Assembly (NCBI GenBank): GCA_016215625.1
Contig: JACRIW010000058.1
Coordinates: 32,252-96,251 of the forward strand
Length of the DNA stretch: 64,000 nucleotides
Direction of reading: 5' to 3'
Origin: Candidatus Eiseniibacteriota bacterium
Lineage (GTDB): Bacteria > Eisenbacteria > RBG-16-71-46
Within the stretch, counting starts at the first letter, position 1; the number at the start of each line of letters is the position of its first letter. This document shows, in pieces, positions 55,240 to 64,000 of this stretch. The notes under the pieces are model-generated. The model worked only from the letters and a program-made list of their open reading frames with translations. It made no database searches and was not told the DNA's origin. Position numbers and translations under genes: made by a program.

Positions 55240-57873
55240 TCAGTTCGCCGCCAGCGCTTTCGCGAACGCCGGGTTCCGGCGCACGGCGTCGAACCACGGC
55301 AGCGCGAACCAGCTCGGGCCGACGCCGAGCGCGAGCGCGCGCCGCGAGCGCGCGAGCGCGGAGTCGGGCCGCTCGCCCAGCGCGTCGACGAGCGCCGCGG
55401 CGTAGTGCGCTTCGCCGTCCTCGGCGGCGTCGGCGAGCGCGCCGTCCGCGAGCGCGAGCGCCTCGCGCACCCGGCCGGTGCGCACGAGGCACTGCGCACG
55501 ACGCAGCCGGTTGAACGCGTCTCCGGCGTCGGACTCCGCTCGACTCGCCTTTTCGATCCGCGTGTAGAGCGCCGTGGCCTCCGCGGTGCGCCCGGTGAGC
55601 CCGAGGCAGTCCGCGCGGTTGAGCGCGATGTCGAGATTGTCCGGCGCCATCTCCATGCTCGCCGCGAAGTCCGCCTCGGCGCCGGCCCAGTCGCCGTGCA
55701 GCATGCGCGCGAGGCCGCGGTTCGTGAGCGAGGGCACCTGCCCGGGCTGCGATTCGACGAGGCGCGAGTAGAGCGAATCCGCGCGCAGCGGGTCGCCGTT
55801 CAGCAGTTCGAGCTGCGCGAGCTTGGAGAGCGGATAGCGGTCCGTGGGGAAGCGCGCGACCAGCGTGTCGAGGTGCACGCGCGCCTCGGGCACGAGACCC
55901 TGGCGCATCTCGAGGTCGGCGAGCGCCTGCAGCATGCGGCGCGAAGGGCGCCGTGCCACGGCGTCGCGCAGGTGCCGCAGCGCGGCGTCGAAATCACCCT
56001 CGCGTTCCGCGACGACCGCGCGCCAGCGCTCGACTTCCGCATCGCCCGGCAGCCGCAGCGCGAGTTCCTCGACGTGGCGGCGGGCGTCGGGCAGGTCGGC
56101 GCGCGCGAGCGCGACGCGCAATCGCGCGACGGGAAGACGCGGATCGTCGGGCGAGGCCGACTCGGCGCGCCGCGTGGCGGCTTCGACGAGCGGCAGGAAG
56201 GTGGTGTCGCGCGTGGTGGCCAGTTCGCGCAGGGCGTAGTCCACGAGCAGCATCTGTGCGTCCGCGAAGCGCGGAGCACGCTCGGCGAGCGAGCGGACGC
56301 GCTCACGGTACTGGGCCGCGGTGAGGCCGCCCGATTCGCGGTCGCGCTCGAGCCGGTAGAGCTGCACGTACTCGTCGTAGTCCGCGCGGCTCACCTGCGG
56401 GACCGCCGGCGTGCGGCCCGAGGAGCGCTTCGGGTAGAAGTTCACCGACTCGATGCCGAGCGCGTTCGCGAACGTGAGCGCGGGATCGGACTGCGCGGTG
56501 AAGCTGCGCACGCCGAGCAGCTTGCCGTCGCGCCCGGAAAGCCGGCGCAGCGTGACGAACCATTCGTCGCCGTTGGCGACGAGGCGTGCTTCGAGCATCT
56601 CGTCGGCACGCAGCGCGATCGCGGCCGCGGCCGGTCCGCCGGGCAGTCCGCGCAGTTCGGCCGGATCCACGACGGTGACGCCGCGCAGGGGCGCGAGCGC
56701 GCGGGTGAGCGCGGCCTCGGCCGCGGCGATGCGCAGGCGCTGCGCGAGGGAATCGGGCGCACCTTCGACCACGGCCGGCAGCACGGCCACGCGCAGGCCG
56801 CCGCGCTCCGGCAGCACGCGCGGCACCAGCACGACCGCGGCGATCGCGAGCGCGGCGCCGAGTGCGGCCCAGAGCCAGGGCGTGCGGCGCGAAGTCGCCA
56901 CGGCCGGCACCGTGGTCGCGCCGGTCGGCGCGCCCGCGCCCACCGGGAACGTGGGTGCGCTCGTGAGCACGCCCTCGCGCGCCGGGCCGCGCGCGGGACG
57001 CGAGCCCTGCGCCAGCGCCGCGGCCGCCGCGGGCGGGAGCGCCGATCCGCTTTCGGGCGGGAGCGCGGCGAGCGCGGCGCGGAGCGCGTCGGCGATTTCG
57101 CGCGCCCCGGCGACGCGGTCCTCCTTGCGCTTGGCGAGGCAACGCCCGACGAGCGCGACGACGGACGGCGGAACGTGCGGTGCGAGCGCCGCGAGCGGCT
57201 CCGGTTCGCGCTCGAGTGTCGCGTACACGAGGCCGTGCGTGGAATCCGCACGGAACGGGTGCTGCCCCGTGAGGAGCGTGTACAGCGTGACCCCGAGCGC
57301 CCAGAGGTCGGCGCGCGCGTCCACGGACTCGCCGCGGATCTGCTCGGGCGGCATGAAGGCCGGCGTGCCGATGGCGTCCCCGGTCGCGGTCAGCTCCGAG
57401 CCCGTCACGCGCGCGACGCCGAAGTCGAGAATCTTCACGAGCCCGTCGGCGGTGATCATGATGTTCGTGGGCTTGATGTCGCGGTGCACGATGCCGGCTT
57501 CGTGGGCGCGCGCGAGCCCGTCGGCCACCTGGGCCGTCACACCCAGCGCCTCGGCCAGCGCGAGCCCGCCCGCGCGCAGGCGCTGTTCGAGCGTTTCGCC
57601 TTCGTAGTAGGCCATCACGATGGCCATGCGGCCGTCGTCCGCGAACTCGATCCCGTGGATGGCGCAGATGTTCGGATGGTCGAGCGCCGAGGCCGCGCGG
57701 GCCTCCTGCAGGAAGCGCTCGCGGAACACCGCGTCCACGCTCAGCCGGGGCGCGATGACCTTGAGCGCCACGCGGCGGCCGAGCCGCGTGTCCTCGGCCA
57801 GGAACACCTCGCCCATGCCACCGGCGCCGAGGCGGGAGAGGATGCGGAATTGTGCGAGCGAGTTCGCAGCCAT
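55240..57873 (-). CDS. Hanks-type Ser/Thr kinase with TM helix and C-terminal TPR region
   Basis: Kinase motifs LGAGGMGEV, VALK, HRDIKPTN, DFG, GTPAFMPPEQ and DLWALG; TM WLWAALGAALAIAAVVLV; TPR-like C-terminal half. Confidence 0.95.
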   Translation of the reverse strand: MAANSLAQFRILSRLGAGGMGEVFLAEDTRLGRRVALKVIAPRLSVDAVFRERFLQEARAASALDHPNICAIHGIEFADDGRMAIVMAYYEGETLEQRLRAGGLALAEALGVTAQVADGLARAHEAGIVHRDIKPTNIMITADGLVKILDFGVARVTGSELTATGDAIGTPAFMPPEQIRGESVDARADLWALGVTLYTLLTGQHPFRADSTHGLVYATLEREPEPLAALAPHVPPSVVALVGRCLAKRKEDRVAGAREIADALRAALAALPPESGSALPPAAAAALAQGSRPARGPAREGVLTSAPTFPVGAGAPTGATTVPAVATSRRTPWLWAALGAALAIAAVVLVPRVLPERGGLRVAVLPAVVEGAPDSLAQRLRIAAAEAALTRALAPLRGVTVVDPAELRGLPGGPAAAAIALRADEMLEARLVANGDEWFVTLRRLSGRDGKLLGVRSFTAQSDPALTFANALGIESVNFYPKRSSGRTPAVPQVSRADYDEYVQLYRLERDRESGGLTAAQYRERVRSLAERAPRFADAQMLLVDYALRELATTRDTTFLPLVEAATRRAESASPDDPRLPVARLRVALARADLPDARRHVEELALRLPGDAEVERWRAVVAEREGDFDAALRHLRDAVARRPSRRMLQALADLEMRQGLVPEARVHLDTLVARFPTDRYPLSKLAQLELLNGDPLRADSLYSRLVESQPGQVPSLTNRGLARMLHGDWAGAEADFAASMEMAPDNLDIALNRADCLGLTGRTAEATALYTRIEKASRAESDAGDAFNRLRRAQCLVRTGRVREALALADGALADAAEDGEAHYAAALVDALGERPDSALARSRRALALGVGPSWFALPWFDAVRRNPAFAKALAAN

Positions 57874-58007
57874 GCCGGCAAGCTAGCACGCGCAAAAAGA
57901 CATGGGCAGGTCTTCGTGCGAACGCGTATCGTCACCGGGCGTCTCGAGGGGGACGCCACTCGGCCCGCGCGAGCGGGATTCCATCCATCCGAAAACGAGA
58001 GGTCGCC

Positions 58008-58454
58008 ATGCCCGTGATCCAGAAGCTGTACGAGAACACCATGGTCGGAGATCCCCCGCAGATCACCGTGAAGTTCAACCTCGTCGGGCTCGGTCCGGCG
58101 ACGACGTGGTCCATCACGCCGGATTCGCTGACGATGCACGGCAACGGCCAGATCCAGTTCGTGCTCGATCCGGCCTCCAGCGCGGGCACCTCGTTCGTGG
58201 GCTTCGCGATCAAGGCCACGTCGCCGAACCCGAACAACGGCACGTTCGACAACATCAACGTCGTGCAGAACGGCCAGCGCATGAACGTGAACGACCACGA
58301 CAACACGCCGAAGGGCGGGTTGCCGATGGAGTTCGACTACATGATCTCGGTCGTGAACAACGGGACGACGTACTACTCGGACCCGAAGATCATCAACGAC
58401 CCGCCGCCGAACATGTACCGCGCGGTTCCGGCCAAGGCGCTCGAGACGGCCTGA
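58008..58454 (+). CDS. Small beta-sandwich protein, DP-EP (DUF1888)-like
   Basis: GAGG SD; 148 aa, beta-rich with no signal peptide; C-terminal YYSDPKIINDP. Confidence 0.65.
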   Translation: MPVIQKLYENTMVGDPPQITVKFNLVGLGPATTWSITPDSLTMHGNGQIQFVLDPASSAGTSFVGFAIKATSPNPNNGTFDNINVVQNGQRMNVNDHDNTPKGGLPMEFDYMISVVNNGTTYYSDPKIINDPPPNMYRAVPAKALETA

Positions 58455-58478
58455 CCCCGGCGTACCGGGAAGCACCGG

Positions 58479-58510
58479 CCCCTCGCGGACGAGCACTCGC
58501 CCGCGAGGGG
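58479..58510. terminator. Hairpin between convergent genes
   Basis: CCCCTCGCGG...CCGCGAGGGG, a 10-bp stem plus inner pairs. Confidence 0.65.
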
Positions 58511-58525
58511 TTCGTCATTCGCCCG

Positions 58526-59221
58526 TCAGCCCCGCGCGCCGGAGTCCTCGCCGGGCTCGACCGGCAGCCGCGCCTCGAGTCGCGCGACACGTTCGGTCAG
58601 GCGCGCCAGCTCGGCGCGGAGTTCGGCGACCTCGTCCGTCGCGGCGGGCGCCGCCGCTCGGGCGACCGGCGCGGCGGCGTGCTCCGCGGCGTGGTCCGAC
58701 ATCGCCGGCACCTCGCCCGGGAGCCCGAGGCCGTGCGTCACCATCTGCCCGCGTCCCGGCGGCGTGAGCTCGATCATCAGACCGCGCGCGACGAGACCTT
58801 CGACGATCGGCTTGAGCGCGGCGAGATCGGCGATCGCCTCCATGCGGTCGGCGCGTGCGCGCAGCTCGCCGAGCTGCTGCGCGCCGCGGAGCAGCAGTTC
58901 GCCCATCACCGCGAGCTCGGCCTTCGTCACGCCGAGCCACTCGTACGCCTTGTGCTTGTACTTGCTCGAGCGCCCCATCCAGTCGATCTCGGCGACCGCG
59001 CCCATCTCCGCCAGCTCGACGAGCGCGTTGCCCACGTCGATGTCGTCGAGCGTCGTGATCGGGTCGCGGTTGTTCTTCTGGTTGCAGCCCGTGACGATCG
59101 CGTTGACGGTCATCGGGTAGCCGGCCGGCGTGGTCATCGCCTTCTCGATCAGCACGCCGAGCACGCGGCGCTGGTTCGGGTCGAGCGGCCGGAAGCGTGC
59201 GGGCGAGTCGGGGGACGTCAT
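58526..59221 (-). CDS. DUF480/YceH-family protein
   Basis: Motifs RVLGVLIEK..TTP..YP.T.NA....CNQK.NRDP and LLLRGAQ..GELR.R..RM; C-terminal coiled coil. Confidence 0.93.
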   Translation of the reverse strand: MTSPDSPARFRPLDPNQRRVLGVLIEKAMTTPAGYPMTVNAIVTGCNQKNNRDPITTLDDIDVGNALVELAEMGAVAEIDWMGRSSKYKHKAYEWLGVTKAELAVMGELLLRGAQQLGELRARADRMEAIADLAALKPIVEGLVARGLMIELTPPGRGQMVTHGLGLPGEVPAMSDHAAEHAAAPVARAAAPAATDEVAELRAELARLTERVARLEARLPVEPGEDSGARG

Positions 59222-59328
59222 GACGGGAGTCCTCGCAGGGTGGGTGATGCGACGGCGACGGCGCGCAGTCTAGCGCGTCGCCGGAGCCATCACACCGCAG
59301 GCGCGGCCTCGCGGCGGGGAGCCGCAAG

Positions 59329-59363
59329 CACGACCGCCCCGGCGTGGCGCCGAGGCGGTCGTG
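59329..59363 (-). terminator. Hairpin downstream of the giant secreted-protein gene
   Basis: CACGACCGCC...GGCGGTCGTG, a 10-bp outer stem plus inner pairs. Confidence 0.6.
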
Positions 59364-59389
59364 AGCGGCGAGTTACACGGCGGAACGAG

Positions 59390-62300
59390 CTACTCGATCA
59401 TCACGAGAGTCCGTCTTGCCATGAACTTCGACTGCTCGAACTGCAAGCGCAGGAAGTAGACGCCGGCGGGCATGCGTGCACCGGCGTCGTTGTTGCCGTC
59501 CCAAACGAGGTCGAGAGTGCCGGGGAGGAAGGCGCCACGTCGCAACGTGCGCACGCGACGGCCAGCGAGATCGAACAGCGCGATTTCGCCACGATCCGGG
59601 CGCGCGACCGTGAGTCGAATGCCCGTGAACCCGCGTGGGGCCGGGTTGTTGCGCACCGCGAGGGAATTTTCGATCACTTCGTTCTCGGCGTCGGTGACGA
59701 CCCATGGTGGGCCGGCGACTTCGCAGATCGAGTAGAACCAGTTCGCGAACACGTCGTGCCGGTGATTGGTGATGCCGGCCGGGCTCGAGCACGCGAAGGT
59801 CGACACGTGCTGGATGCCGAAACCGTCGACGAGCCCGACCCAGGGTTCCGAGACGTTGGCGACATGGCCGACGGAGGCCGTCGTCAGCGTGCTCGTCGAC
59901 GTCGAGCGGTACTGGGCGGTCACGTTCGACGCCACCGTTCCCGACAGCGCGAGCACGTCGAGCGATGTGCCGAACAGGTTGCGCGCGTTGTACACGTTCA
60001 TGAACGGACCCATGAGCGTGGCGGTGAGCTGGAGACGTGGGCAGCTTTCGGCATTGAGCGTCGCGTAGTCGCCAGCGCCCAGTGCGACACCCATGCGATT
60101 GCGGAGGAAGTCCGTGTGCGCCGTGAGGCCCGAGGCAAACTCGCCCTCGACGAGGTTGTCACCGGCGAGGTAGACCCCGCGCGTCGGAGGGAACTTCTCC
60201 GGAGCCACGAGGAAGTCGTCGAGAATGGCGATGTCGTTCTGGCTGCGGTTCACGATCGGACCGAAGATCCCGTCCCGCAGTTCGGCCGTGCTCACGTTCA
60301 CGATGCGGTAGTACTTCCGCAACATGTGTGGAGTCGGCGCGACGCGCGCGGACTTGCCCGTCGCCCAGTACATGCCCGTCCGATTCGCCAAACGACCGCC
60401 GATCGCTCCGGCATGTCCCTCGACGGGATCGTCCACGCTGCGCACCTGGTACAGGTCCCAGGTGGTCCCCGCCTGGCCCCGATGCGCCCGCACGAAGTGC
60501 GCGGGGTCGTTCGGATCGTCCGTGAGCTTGGTCAGGTGCCAGCCATTGTGCGCGCCGTACTTCTCGGCACGCGTGGCGCCGATGCGATCGGCCGCCTTGA
60601 CCCATTCGGTTTCGTCGCCGTGTCCGTCGGCCTGGTCCACGAACAGCATGCACGCCATGCCGCGCCCGCCGAACTGCGCGTCCTTCCAGCGGTCCGGCAG
60701 CACGCCGAACTGCTGCCAGCGGTGGCCGTCCAGCGAACTGCGACCCTGGTTGTCGCTGCAACTCGTCCCGGGCGCGGAGCCCTCGTTGAGCTGCGGTACG
60801 ACGCGGTTCGTGTCCGGCACCATCGAGAACACCGCAGGATTCGACAGCTTCGAGCGGCGGAGGAAGTACTCCACGTGCGAGCCCGGCGTGAGCAGGCCGT
60901 CGGGGATGATCTTGGTGTACTCGCGCGTGAAGCCGTTGCCGTCGAAACCGGTGTGTGAAGTCGGGAGCGAGAGGAGCCAGCTCGGATAGAGCGGCGTGTA
61001 CTTCCCGTCGCCGCACAGGACGTTGCTCGAGAGCCCGGCCTCGGGGGCCCGGGTCGTGTCGATCACGAAGCACCGGAACTTGAGAATGCCCAGCGTCGTG
61101 TACTTCGGATCGTCCTCGTGGTAGGTGCCGGAGAAGATGCAGTTCTGGATTCTCGGCCAGTCGCCCGCGCCGCTCACGGGGAAGATGTTGATTTCCGCGG
61201 TGTCCATGCGGGCGCTGTTCCAGACCTGTTCGCTCCACTGCCCGCCGGGGTGACCGCCGGGAGTTCCGAACACCCCGTTGTCCGCGAGGTACTGCCCCCA
61301 GAAGGATCCGTCGCCGGGCACCACGAGGTCGGTCTGCGACTGTGGCTGCTTGAGCAGCTGCATGCCCGGTGCGAGCGGGTACGTGCGTGTGGTGCCGGCG
61401 CGGTAGTTGCCCGGCCCGGGCAGGATGCGGAACACGAGGTCGAGCCGGGTGCCATCGCCGCACGCACAAGCGGTCAGCGAATCACCCGCGATGTCGAAGC
61501 GCTGCGCGTTGTTCGTCACCTGGGCGATGTTGCGCCCCGTCACGATGAGCGCGGTCGTGGTGTCGAACGCCGCGGTTCCCACGAGCAACGTATCCTCGTT
61601 GAACGGGAAGGCGTCCTGGTACCAGTCACGTCCCCGCAATTCGCCCGTGGTGGAGTCGGGACAGAGGCAGTTGGCGATGCCCGCCATCTCCGCTGGTGTG
61701 AGCACCCGGTCGAAGATGCGGACGTCGTCCATGTCGCCATTGAACTCACAGGCGCCCGGGTCGTCCTGGAAGCCGTAGTTGCCGAGCATGAACCAATGAT
61801 TGCTCGCGAACGCGGCGTTGTGCAGCTGGTTGTCCGCGTTCGGCGCGCCGTTGGCGAGCACGACCGTCGGCACAGGCAGGCCATTCACGTAGAACTGGAT
61901 CGTCTGCCTGCCGGACATGACCGGCCCACGCACGTAGCCGACCAGCGTCCACACGCCGACCGGGAGGTTCGTGTTCGCGATCGCCACTTCCGAGCCGCTG
62001 GGTTCGTTCTGGAACACGAGCCGGTCGTTGTTCTTTTCGACCTGGAACCAGTTCGAGCCGCCTTTGCAGAAAATCGTGCCCTCGGTGCAGGACGGGTTGT
62101 TGTCCGTCGACTGCGGCCCGAGCACGCGGATCCACGCGGTCGCCGACATCGCGCCGGTGAGATCCCCTGCCGCTGAGGTCGTCGCGTAGGCCTCGTGGAC
62201 GTTGTTGTTCGGCAGGAATCGCATCGCTTTTCCACAGCGGCTGTCCACGAGGTTTGGATTTTCGATGACGATGTGCTGCCCATGCCCCGAGACGTCGAGG

Positions 62301-64000
62301 CCGGGGGAGTTCTGCTCGAAGGTGTAGTGGAGCACTTCGCCCGTGGGGCACGGAGCGGAGACCGGCGCCGGGCAAGGAATCTCCACGTCGCCCTGGTTCA
62401 GCTTGTCCTGCGACCCGACGGCACCGTCGTTGTCGATGAGGTAGCTGTTGGTCGGTGATCCGCCGGTCTGCGGAATACCCTCGATGCCGTAAATGTAGTC
62501 CGGCCCGAACCGGATGGCGTCACCGCTCGCCCAGACGCGACCGAGCGTGCCCGCGGGTGTCGAGTGGTCCACGGCGACGCCGCCGGCGGAGTTCGCCTGC
62601 GAGCCGTAGGTGCCGACGACGAACGTGGTCGGACTGGCCTGCCAGTCTCCCCCCACGCACTCGAACTGCAGCAGGCGAGCCGCGTGTGCGCTCGGGCCGG
62701 TCGGGCTGTACATGCCGCGCTGCGCCGCCATGAGGTGGCCGTCGGGTGTGAACTCGATGTCGCTCACCGGCGCCGACCAAGTCGTCGAATACGGTGGAAG
62801 CGTGATCTCCAGCTGCGCGCTCGCCGCGTCGATCGCAGAACCATTGAGCCCGACCGACCAGATCTGGTTCGGGCCGACGCCGGGTGTGCCCTGATCGCAG
62901 CGCCAGAGGCTGTAGTAGAGCCGCCCGTCCGCGTACTCCACGGCCCACACGCGCTCCCCGATGGGCGCCCAGCCCGGCTGGGCGTTGTCGGGTGCACCGG
63001 GATCGTACGCCACACCCAACTGGGCGCCGCTCATGTCGAGCCGGTAGATCTTGCCGTCTTCGAGATCGCTCACGAAGAATTGCCGGTGGTCGCAGTCGAA
63101 CGTGATGTTGCCGAGGCACGGGTACGAGCCGATCGGCACATTGGGGTCGGCGAAGTTGGGCAGGGAAGCGAAGGTCGTCGGTTGCCCGGTGAACTTGTCG
63201 ATCTTGTAGACACTGCCCGGCGTGGCGTTCGGAAGGGTCGCCACGAGGTCATTCCAGTAGCACGACGTCTGGCAGACGTAGACGTTGCCCTCGTCGTCGA
63301 TCGCCGTTCCGAACACGCTGCCGAGGATGTCTCCGCGCCAGATGCCACGTCCGGTGCCATCGGCCGGCCCGTTGTACCGGGACATCGTGCCGTTGGCGCC
63401 GCCCCAGTTCACGCCGACGGGCGGCACGCCGTGCTCGAGATCGAAAACCGTGAGCACGTAGTCGGCGCCGTTCAGCGCACTCGTGGTCTCGAGCGCGATC
63501 TGTCCTGTGAACGAGGCGAACGCCGGATCGGTCCACCGCGGCTTCACGGAGCAGCACTCCGGAGTCACGCAGCTCGCGGCGCAGTCGCCCACGGGAAGGT
63601 TGCTGCACAGCGTGACGCCGTTCGCGCGAATGGTCACGGTGCAGCCCGGGTCGACGTTCACGCACAGGCAGAAGTGAACGCTGCCGTCGTCGTCCGTGCT
63701 GCGCGTCGCCGTGTGATTCACGACATCGATCGTCGTGCCGTACTGCGGGGGACCGCAAAACGTCGCCGCACAACTCGAGAAATCCACCGTGACCGGGCAG
63801 GCGGGGATCCACTGGCCCGCTGCGTTCCGCACGATCACGTCGAAGCAGCAATCTCCGTTGCTCGAAAGACGCACTCTCGGCGGGCAGGTGGACTTTTCCG
63901 CACTCGGGACGAGCACCAGCGCCGAAGCGTTGAAGCGCACTTCGACCGAGTCTTTGGTGCCGAGCGGGACGGCGATGTCGAGCTTGCCGTCACCGTTGAT
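59390..64000 (-). CDS. 5'-truncated giant secreted protein: FG-GAP/VCBS repeat, Cys-rich Ig-like domain, propeller, LamG, large unknown domain, FlgD-Ig/CTD-like tail
   Basis: Frame is open to the window edge (INGDGKLDIAV at 64000). It contains LamG FNGDMDDVRIFDRVLT and tail NNPAP...LFDLAGRRVRTL...WDGNNDAG..PAGVYFLR. Confidence 0.88.
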   Translation of the reverse strand: MNGDGKLDIAVPLGTKDSVEVRFNASALVLVPSAEKSTCPPRVRLSSNGDCCFDVIVRNAAGQWIPACPVTVDFSSCAATFCGPPQYGTTIDVVNHTATRSTDDDGSVHFCLCVNVDPGCTVTIRANGVTLCSNLPVGDCAASCVTPECCSVKPRWTDPAFASFTGQIALETTSALNGADYVLTVFDLEHGVPPVGVNWGGANGTMSRYNGPADGTGRGIWRGDILGSVFGTAIDDEGNVYVCQTSCYWNDLVATLPNATPGSVYKIDKFTGQPTTFASLPNFADPNVPIGSYPCLGNITFDCDHRQFFVSDLEDGKIYRLDMSGAQLGVAYDPGAPDNAQPGWAPIGERVWAVEYADGRLYYSLWRCDQGTPGVGPNQIWSVGLNGSAIDAASAQLEITLPPYSTTWSAPVSDIEFTPDGHLMAAQRGMYSPTGPSAHAARLLQFECVGGDWQASPTTFVVGTYGSQANSAGGVAVDHSTPAGTLGRVWASGDAIRFGPDYIYGIEGIPQTGGSPTNSYLIDNDGAVGSQDKLNQGDVEIPCPAPVSAPCPTGEVLHYTFEQNSPGLDVSGHGQHIVIENPNLVDSRCGKAMRFLPNNNVHEAYATTSAAGDLTGAMSATAWIRVLGPQSTDNNPSCTEGTIFCKGGSNWFQVEKNNDRLVFQNEPSGSEVAIANTNLPVGVWTLVGYVRGPVMSGRQTIQFYVNGLPVPTVVLANGAPNADNQLHNAAFASNHWFMLGNYGFQDDPGACEFNGDMDDVRIFDRVLTPAEMAGIANCLCPDSTTGELRGRDWYQDAFPFNEDTLLVGTAAFDTTTALIVTGRNIAQVTNNAQRFDIAGDSLTACACGDGTRLDLVFRILPGPGNYRAGTTRTYPLAPGMQLLKQPQSQTDLVVPGDGSFWGQYLADNGVFGTPGGHPGGQWSEQVWNSARMDTAEINIFPVSGAGDWPRIQNCIFSGTYHEDDPKYTTLGILKFRCFVIDTTRAPEAGLSSNVLCGDGKYTPLYPSWLLSLPTSHTGFDGNGFTREYTKIIPDGLLTPGSHVEYFLRRSKLSNPAVFSMVPDTNRVVPQLNEGSAPGTSCSDNQGRSSLDGHRWQQFGVLPDRWKDAQFGGRGMACMLFVDQADGHGDETEWVKAADRIGATRAEKYGAHNGWHLTKLTDDPNDPAHFVRAHRGQAGTTWDLYQVRSVDDPVEGHAGAIGGRLANRTGMYWATGKSARVAPTPHMLRKYYRIVNVSTAELRDGIFGPIVNRSQNDIAILDDFLVAPEKFPPTRGVYLAGDNLVEGEFASGLTAHTDFLRNRMGVALGAGDYATLNAESCPRLQLTATLMGPFMNVYNARNLFGTSLDVLALSGTVASNVTAQYRSTSTSTLTTASVGHVANVSEPWVGLVDGFGIQHVSTFACSSPAGITNHRHDVFANWFYSICEVAGPPWVVTDAENEVIENSLAVRNNPAPRGFTGIRLTVARPDRGEIALFDLAGRRVRTLRRGAFLPGTLDLVWDGNNDAGARMPAGVYFLRLQFEQSKFMARRTLVMIE

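Noticed and set aside
1-64000. tRNA, rRNA, IS elements, prophage or known anti-phage systems
   Set aside because: No cloverleaf, transposase, integrase, phage structural or defence-domain signature was recognised by eye.

Overview
Very GC-rich bacterial DNA (about 70% by eye). Most long ORFs in the track are shadow frames, and I call 39 real CDSs, the first and last running off the window edges. The gene content suggests an FCB-group candidate phylum such as Ca. Eisenbacteria (inference). Housekeeping and physiology genes: glyoxylate shunt (aceA, aceB), a DtxR regulator with an ABM monooxygenase, AEC and POT transporters, an adaptor/ATPase/permease exporter with a two-component pair, a porin, fused CcsBA, a K+ channel, a GNAT and DUF480. 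I found no rRNA, tRNA, CRISPR array or mobile element. The most notable signals are: (1) two C-terminal sorting-type tails on exported proteins, a FlgD-Ig/T9SS-CTD-like domain on 7 proteins and a short (T/S)WGxLKxxxR-stop tail on 3 unrelated proteins; (2) two 1500-aa paralogs with 28 colinear repeats whose pattern fits four nested 7-bladed propellers; (3) a membrane Ser/Thr kinase-TPR gene divergent from a DP-EP-like (possibly self-cleaving) protein; (4) five apparently leaderless genes; (5) an NtrC-family regulator with GAFPGA and a DD Walker B. All family calls come from motif recognition by eye, with no searches run.
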